Notes under the pieces: model-generated
The model's database searches: none
What the model saw: the letters and a program-made list of their open reading frames with translations, nothing else
What the model was told of the DNA's origin: nothing
Assembly: GCA_951406725.2 (NCBI GenBank)
Contig: OX597814.1
Location: 219,108,001 to 219,172,000, forward strand
Length of the DNA stretch: 64,000 nt
From: Octopus vulgaris
Lineage: Eukaryota
Direction of reading: 5' to 3'
Shown: piece after piece, positions 56,403-64,000 of the stretch
Layout of the letters: each line of letters starts with the position of its first letter
Position numbering within the stretch: the first letter of the stretch is position 1
Translations under genes and position numbers: made by a program

Positions 56403-56982
56403 TGATAATAATAACTGTAACAACAACAACAGTTTTTTTCTGTTTGCCATGATAATGTTGAATAAAGGAGTCATTTAAAGGACAGGTTATGTTAAGTTTC
56501 GCAGATTTGCAAAAGAATTGAATGAGAAAAATATATGTGGTAAATAGTTTCCGACTGATCCAAGAACATTCTAACCATTATGTGCAGGTTCCCTCTCACA
56601 AATAGTTGTTCTATAATTTCCATCTGCATGCTTAGAATAGTTCCAGCTATTCTTGCCATTTTCACTAGACACTCATCATCATCATCATCATCATCATCAT
56701 CGTTTAATGTCCGCTTTCCATGCTAGCATGGGTTGGATGATTTGACTGAGGTCTGGCATACCAACCCATACTAGCATGCAAAGCGGACATCAAACGATGA
56801 TGATGGGTGGCTAGTTTGACAAATTCATTGAAGGCAAGCATTTCTCTTTCCAGTTTCATCTTCCTTTCTAAGTGGAACTTGAAAATGTTGACAAAGGTTT
56901 GACCAAAGAGGAAAATGTCGGTCCTCAGTCCTTTGACTCATCATCCATAGCCATTTGACCGAGGAAAATTGCCTGCCCTACC

Positions 56983-57215
56983 TATTTCTTTACTGCCCAC
57001 AAGGGGCTAAACACAGAGAGGACAAACAAAGATAGACAAATGGATTAAGTCGATTATATTGATCCCAGTGCGTAACTGGTACTTATTTAATCGACCCCGA
57101 AAAGATGAAAGGCAAAGTCGACCTCGGCGGAATTTGAACTCAGAATGTAGCGGCAGACGAAACTCTGCTAGGCATTACGCCCGGCGTGCTAACGACTCTG
57201 CCAGCTCGCCACCTT
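56983..57215 (-). mobile_element. SINE family B with 17-bp TSD
   Basis: AAATTGCCTGCCCTACC at 56966-56982 and 57216-57232. Confidence 0.9.
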
Positions 57216-57644
57216 AAATTGCCTGCCCTACCCTGTTAAAGAAGGGTGGCAGGGTGATCGTGATGGACTTCACTGATAGCTGGTTCTGTCTTCCATGCAG
57301 CAACTACTGTTCAACAGAACTCTGTAATCTAGCAATGCCTGGGCCCTGGGCCCTGGGCAAGTGTGTGTAAAATTGTTACTCTGCATGCATGTGAGACAGG
57401 CTCAGCTGAGAGTACTTCTATACCTGTGGATATTATTCTAAACTAGTAGTACCCCTCAGTTGTACTACCAGAATAATGATTTCTACAAGTTATCTGTAGT
57501 AGTCTTTGCCTTACAAATCCTTTAGAATAGATCAGTCCGTGTATTTGTGTTGAGGGTGGGGGCACATAGTTATATCAATCCTAGATTCTGTAAGGATGAA
57601 AAAAGTGTCAGCCTCTGCAGAGTTTGAAAACAGAATATAATAGA

Positions 57645-58236
57645 CTAGCAGTATCGCCCAGTGTTGCTCAGGTTTGTTTCAACCCTTTAGAATTGGAATT
57701 TTTGAAAAGTAAAAATTTTGCATTATGTAGCTTGTTATTCTCTTTAAGTGAACATTTTTCTGGTTGAAATACACCGAAAAATGTTGACACAGCAGTCAAA
57801 AAATTGAAAAAAATAGGGATTTTCATAGAAAAAAAGCACCTTTTTGATGTAAATAATTTTTGGTGTTAACATGGTCTGATTTGAATTTTTCTTCTACGGA
57901 TGGAAGAGCAAGCCTTCTTCTATCATACTCTCAGTTTTGGTCAACTTGCGCCGCAGGGTCTCGGAGGAGATAGTGTTAGTTGAAGGTTACCAAACCTGCC
58001 ATTGAAAAAAAATAGGGATTTTCATAGAAAAAAAGCACCTTTTTGATGTAAATAATTTTTGGTGTTAACATGGTCTGATTTGAATTTTTTCTTCTACGGA
58101 TGGAAGAGCAAGCCTTCTTCTATCATACTCTCAGTTTTGGTCAACTTGCGCCGCAGGGTCTCGGAGGAGATAGTGTTAGTTGAAGGTTACCAAACCTGCC
58201 ATACACACACAGACTTCAGCTTTATATATAGAGAGA
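57645..58236 (-). mobile_element. Non-autonomous Helitron with internal tandem duplication of about 198 bp
   Basis: The minus strand starts TC(TCTCTATATATAAAG) and ends in a GC-rich imperfect hairpin plus CTAG; inserted between A and T with no TSD; 57803-58000 is repeated at 58001-58200. Confidence 0.75.
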
Positions 58237-58327
58237 TAACTAAATACTGCAGAACATATTCCCCAACTCTCTACTATTTCCTACATCTACTGTTGCTGCT
58301 GCTGCTGCTAATGATAATGATTCTAAT

Positions 58328-58712
58328 GTGGAGGCGCAATGGCCCAGTGGTTAGGGCAGCGGACTCGCGGTCGTAGGATCGTGGTTTCGATTCCCAGACC
58401 GGGCGTTGTGAGTGTTTATTGAGCGAAAACACCTAAAGCTCCACGAGGCTCCGGCAGGGGATGGTGGTGATCCCTGCTGTACTCTTTCACCACAACTTTC
58501 TCTCACTCTTACTTCCTGTTTCTGTTGTACCTGTATTTCAAAGGGCCGGCCTTGTCACTCTCTGTGTCATGCTGAATATCCCCGAGAACTGCGTTAAGGG
58601 TACACGTGTCTGTGGAGTGCTCAGCCACTTACACGTTAATTTCACAAGCAGGCTGTTCCGTTGATTTGGATCAACCGGAACCCTCATCGTCGTAACCGAC
58701 AGAGTGCTTCCC
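58328..58712 (+). mobile_element. SINE family A, type 3
   Basis: TSD AATGATTCTAAT. Confidence 0.88.
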
Positions 58713-59469
58713 ATCAATGATTCTAATAATAATCTTTTCTTTTACAAGCCCAAAGCCTTAAATTTTTGGAGGGAAGGAGGGAGCTAGTTGCTTACATTGA
58801 TCCCAGTACTCGTACTCATTTCATTGACCCTAAAAGGATGATAGGCAAAGTTGACTTCAGTGGTATTTGAACTCAGAACGTTTAGACACACAAAATGCTG
58901 CTAAGCATTTTCTTCACTGCACTAATAATAAGAATCCTTTCTACTATAGGCATAAGGCCTAAATTTGCAGATAGTGGACTAGTAGATTATATTGACTCCA
59001 GTGCTCAATTGGTACTTATTTTATTGACCTTGAAAGGACGAAAGGCAAAGTTGAACTCTGTGAATTTGAATTCAGAATGTAAAGATAGAATGTTGCTTAG
59101 CATTTTGTCTGGTGTACTAATGACTCTGCCAGCTTTCCACCTCACTAATAATAATAACAATAACAATAACATCATCATTTAGCGTCCGCTTTCCATGCTA
59201 GCATGGGTTGGACGGGTCAACTGGGGTCTGTGAAGCTGGAAGGCTTCGTCAGGCCCAGTCAGATCTGGCAGTGTGTCTACGGCTGGATGCCCTTCCTAAC
59301 GCCAACCACTCCGTGAGTGTAGTGGGTGTTTTTTACGTGCCACCTGCACAGGTGCCAGACAGAGCTGGCGAACGGCCATGAACGGATGATGCTTTTACGT
59401 GTCACCGGCACGGGGCCAGGTGATGCTGGCAACGAACAGAACAATAACAATAATAATAATAATAATAAT

Positions 59470-59947
59470 TGTCTTGGTATAAAAGATGGCCTACAGCAAA
59501 TATTCTGCTCAATACCACAGATTTGCTTGTCAGTTGTTTGACCGTAACCAGTTGAGCATGTGCCTTAGTGGCTGATGATATGTGCATCTCTGATCACAAG
59601 CAGAAGTAGTGGGGGAGCATCATAGCCATGTGTTGAAAGGGATTCTCTGAGGTTTGGATAATTCACCTCTGGAAACATGGGTGGTTCTTTCAACATCCTT
59701 AAACAACCCTTATTCAGGGACCTTTTGAGTGGGATGGGCTACTCAACCTGAAGAAATTTCTAACTGGGCCCCAACTGCAAGGTCATGTGCTGTTTATCTT
59801 GATATGAGATCACCATGTCGCGCACATATGGTTGTGATGCATGTGCCTGGTGTACCCTTATCAGACGGGTAGTCATGATGGGTATATTGGGCTTCGTATA
59901 TTTGTACCCCAGTGTCACTTTGATGGCATGAACTGCTCTCTCACTCA
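59470..59947 (+). mobile_element. Probable retroelement 3' UTR fragment between (AAT)n tracts
   Basis: Non-coding block flanked by (AAT)n on both sides, ending CTCTCACTC-AATAATAAT. Confidence 0.4.
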
Positions 59948-60164
59948 ATAATAATAATAGTAGTAGTAGTAATACTATTTACAGAGATGTACTTGCATAA
60001 AAACTGTTTTGATCTGAGATTGTGTAATGCAGAACCCTTTCTGTCAGTAAACAGGTTGCAGTTTTGAGCAATGAAAATTCTGACACCATTATGCAAATAA
60101 ATGTGTAAGTGAAGTTAAGGGCCTCTGTGTGTTTCTGTAGGGCTAACTTGTTCTTCCCTGCTGC

Positions 60165-60210
<46 letters not shown>

Positions 60211-60296
60211 TCATAAATCAGGATATATTTTATATTGACATCTTATTTTCTTTTGTCTCCTTAGGTATTTAAGAAGTTTCATTGAATAGTTTCAAG

Positions 60297-60617
60297 ATGT
60301 TAGACTGGACCTACGCTGGCGTGGACTACAATATTCCTGGAAATGGGGGGCGTGACTGTTTGAAGTTCCTCAGTGGATTTCAGCGTGTTGTGGAAAGCAT
60401 TTTTGCAATGGTGATTTCAATAAAGTTTATAACTCGTGGATATAGGAACATCGTCATACCAAAACAATTGCCCAACTGGACTGAACGAACTTCAATAATA
60501 AAAAGACTTTTGCTCATCACACATTGTTTAGTATTTGGTATTGAACTGGGATTTAAGTTGGCTACCCAGCAAATGATCTGGGTGCTAAACCCTTGTCATA
60601 TTATTACTATCGTGCAG
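60297..60617 (+). CDS. TMEM164: First coding exon of transmembrane protein 164 orthologue (gene continues beyond the window)
   Basis: Translation MLDWTYAGVDYNIPGNGGRDCLKFLSGFQRVVES...KRLLLITHCLVFGIELGFKLATQQMIWVLNPCHIITIVQ matches remembered TMEM164 motifs (human LLDWLYGGVD..GNGGPDC..FL, FGVEVGFKFAT..IYLLNPCH). The exon starts at 60265 after a polypyrimidine tract and TTAG, has ATG at 60297 and ends at CAG|GTAAGC (60617/60618), phase 0, 107 codons. Confidence 0.93.
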
Positions 60618-61699
60618 GTAAGCTATATTTCTTTGTTCTGATGTTTGCTACTATTGTTATTATTGTTGTTATAAATGTTAGCATCAAGACCATACTTAGT
60701 ATGTTTATCATCATAGTCTTTGACAATTAGTATTGTCATTTTACACAGTTATCATTATTGTTAATGTCATCATAATCATGGCTAACATTACCATTTTGAT
60801 CACTGTGTTGATGTGTGTGCACACACTTATGTGTGTATAGTGTGTTTACACACACAGACGCACACACAATGAGAGGAATGGAAATTAACAGTTCAGTTCA
60901 TGCTACATATGTTTCTATAGCATGGCATTTTATTTATAATTTATGTGTAATGTCATAGAAAAATGCCAACCATTTCACCTGGCGTCTGACTGTTATTAGA
61001 ATAAGAATCTGCTGCACATAGATCCAGATCACAAAATCACAGGAGGAAACACTTTTGTTATGTTAATAGTAGGATGAGTTGAAAAGTACAGATTGATATA
61101 TTCACACACAGAGAAAGTATGTGTGTGTGTGTGTTGGGGAACACTAAAACTGCATGATATAAATAGTCACCAAATAGTTCTCAAATAATCAAAGCTTAAA
61201 TTCCAACTTCTTCCTTCACAGCAAGTGGCTCCTGTGTAGGAAGTTGATTATAAGAATGATCTTCATTGAGTGAGTATGGAAGTAAAAGAAGCAGATAACA
61301 AAAATAGGCAAATTTGTGTATTTACATGGAATTCTGATAAACAAAAGGAATGATGTAACAGACTATATTGCTTCTTTTATTTATTTCTATTCCATGTAGA
61401 TGCATGCATTACACTTGCATTTGCTTATCTTCCTTTTTCACTTATATATCTTCAAAACTAAGACTGAAAGAATATTTGCTTTTCTCTTTTTATCCTCATC
61501 TAATGAAACTCACTCTGACTTAACCTCACAGAATTGGTAACTTTCTTCAGCTTTATCCTGTTGTTTCCTCCTACTGTTATACGAAGCTAATAAATGTTTT
61601 TATGCAGTAACAACCAACATGTCGTTGTTGTTGTCATTGCTATGGTTATGCTCCTCATCCTCTCTATATATTCATTTTCCATGCTGGCATGGGTTAGAT

Positions 61700-62041
61700 C
61701 AGTGCTTCCCAAGCTATCTGATGTGGTGTACTGGCGGGGTTTTTTTCTCTATGTGCCAGGGACCAGTAATATTTCTTAGTAATATTAATTTACACTGGAA
61801 ACAATATATATAATGAATATAATAAAAGTTGACATTTTTTTTCTTATCTTATATTTATTTTGTAAACAAATAACACAGTATTACATCATCATCATCATCA
61901 TCATTTACATAAGCTGATGAGTTGTTTACTGCAGTGCATAGGGTGAAATTACTGAAATCATGCTGCTGTTTCTTTCTTTTCTGGAAACTCACTGCGTACT
62001 GGCATCTGATGGCTCACAGACCACTACTTTGAGTAGCACCG
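61700..62041. mobile_element. hAT MITE
   Basis: Termini CAGTGCTTCCCAA and TTGAGTAGCACCG, exact 8-bp TSD GGTTAGAT (61692-61699, 62042-62049); splits an old family D copy. Confidence 0.8.
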
Positions 62042-62308
62042 GGTTAGATGATTCAACAAGATCTGATGGTTTGGAAGACCAATGTTTCAATTTTGGGTTG
62101 ATTTCTATCAATGGATGCCTTTCCTGAAATCAACCACTTTACACAATGTACTGGGTGCATTTTGTTTCCTTTTTAATGTGCCACCAGCAAAACTAAAGAA
62201 CCTTCTCAAGCTCATTGCCATTGTTCAATTCAATTTACCAACCACTTACAAAGTGTACTGGGTTGCATTTTTCATGGCAGCAATACTAAAGGGGTCACCT
62301 TGTTGCTC

Positions 62309-62722
62309 AGGAGTGGCTGTGTGGTAAGTAGCTTGCTAAACAACCACATGGCTCCGGGTTCAGTCCCACTGTGTGACATCTTGGGCAAGTGTCTTCTGCT
62401 ATAGCCCCGGGCCAACCAATGCCTTGTGAGTGGATTTGGTAGACGGAAACTGAAAGAAGCCTGTCGTATATACGTATATATATATATATATATGTATGTA
62501 TGTGTGTGTGTGTGTTTGTCTCCCTAGCATTGCTTGACAATCGATGCTGGTGTGTTTACGTCCCCGTCACTTAACGGTTCGGCAAAAGAGACCAATAGAA
62601 TAAGTACTGGGCTTACAAAAAATAAGTCCTGGGGTCGATTTGCTCGACTAAAGGCGGTGCTCCAGCATGGCCGCAGTCAAATGACTGATAGAAGTAAAAA
62701 GAGAAAGAAGAGAGAGTAAAGA
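62309..62722 (+). mobile_element. SINE family C
   Basis: Full-length copy. Confidence 0.87.
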
Positions 62723-62756
62723 GTATGATGGAAGAAACAGATTTATTATGAAAGGA

Positions 62757-63075
62757 TGGCTTCTGTGTCGGTGGCACGTAAAAAGCACCATCCGAATCGT
62801 AGCCGAAGCCAGTGCCGCCTCGACTAGCTTCCATAAAATGCACCAATCCGACCGTGGCCGATGCCAGCCTCGCCTGGCACCAGTGCAGGTGGCACGTAAA
62901 AAGCACCCACTACACTCACGGAGTGGTTGGCGTTAGGAAGGGCATCCAGCTGTAGAAACGTTGCCAGATAAGACCTTAGCCTGGTGCGGCCTTCTGGCTT
63001 CTCAGATCCCCGGTCGAACCGTCCAACCCATGCTAGCATGGAGAACGGACGTTAAACGATGATGATGATGATGAT
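62757..63075 (+). mobile_element. Family D repeat
   Basis: GGCACGTAAAAAGCACC units and (GAT)n tail. Confidence 0.8.
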
Positions 63076-63476
63076 GTTAAGGGGAAGATGATGGAGAAAA
63101 GAAAAGAATGATTGGGTGGTGGTCTGCTTCCCATTGTTGGATAGTTGGTTCTTATTGGGGTGACACAATTTTATTGTAGAAAATGAGCATTAAGAGAGAG
63201 ACCAACAGGTAGTGTAATAGTTGGGAAAGAGATGTAGTGTTAATGGGATTAGAGAGAGAGAGAGAGAGTAATAAAGATGGTTGGATGGGAGTGCAAATAG
63301 AAGATGCTGTGCTACCCCATATTGTATATGCTTAGGTAGGGTGTATGTATGAAAGAGAGATAAGGGGATGATGGAGGTAGTGGAAAGAGTGTTTTTATTA
63401 TGAGTGGTATGGCACTATGAGTAGAAAAGATGATGGTAAGATGAAAGGGCATAGAAAAGGTGTGATGGGATGGAGA

Positions 63477-63765
63477 ATCATCATCATCGTTTAACGTCCG
63501 TTTTCCGCACTAGCACGGGTTGGACGGTTCGACCGGGGTCTGGGAAGCCAGGGCTGCACCAGGCTCCAGTCTGATCTGGCAGTGTTTCTACAGCTGGATG
63601 CCCTTCCTAACGCCAACCACTCCGCGAGTGTAGTGGGTGCTTTTTACGTGCCACCTGCACAGGTGCCAGGAGAGGCTTGCAGCGGCCACAATTGGTTGGT
63701 GCTTTTAACGTGCCACTGGCACAGAAGCCAGTCAAGGTGGCGCTGGCATCGTCCACATTTGGATG
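63477..63765 (-). mobile_element. Family D repeat, inverted relative to the 62757 copy
   Basis: Starts (CAT)n CGTTTAACGTCCG. Confidence 0.8.
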
Positions 63766-64000
63766 GGATGGAGAATGATATATACAAACAATATTAAACA
63801 AAATTACAATCATAATATACAATTTTAGAGCATAAAAAAATAGCTGTGATGTCTGCTGATAGGAGGTTTTTCTGAATTGGAGAGATATTGAACACCCTAC
63901 GACTCAATGGTTTATATGTTTCTTTGGTCTGTAGGAGCTGTATGTTTTGCTTAAACCCAACTAAACACTGACAGAGCGGACCTCAATCAAAGGTGTTTTA

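Noticed and set aside
60618-64000. Next TMEM164 coding exon (expected to begin with an I.LL-like peptide)
   Set aside because: No matching peptide with splice sites found; presumably beyond the window

Overview
AT-rich, repeat-saturated eukaryotic DNA, most consistent with an octopus (cephalopod) genome; this is inferred from the SINE families and microsatellite load, not from a database hit. The only host coding sequence I can support is the first coding exon of a TMEM164 orthologue (60297-60617, +). A probable non-coding first exon and promoter lie at about 24.5-25.1 kb, implying an intron of about 35 kb. The rest is decayed or non-autonomous mobile DNA: a Tigger/pogo element, two mariner remnants, a Tc1-like remnant, a GC-rich hAT element with an exact 8-bp TSD, a hAT MITE, a non-autonomous Helitron, CR1-, RTE- and R4/Dong-like LINE fragments, and four dispersed SINE or LINE-tail families. 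There is also a 13-unit minisatellite of about 124 bp and many (CA)n, (TA)n and (TAA)n tracts, which account for most of the long ORFs in the track. I see no evidence of a novel multi-gene system. The most notable signals are a CpG-depletion boundary near 27 kb (possible gene-body methylation fossil), a tRNA-head SINE with three exchangeable 3' modules, intronic fold-back structures, TAA-targeted retroelement ends and a possibly horizontally acquired hAT.
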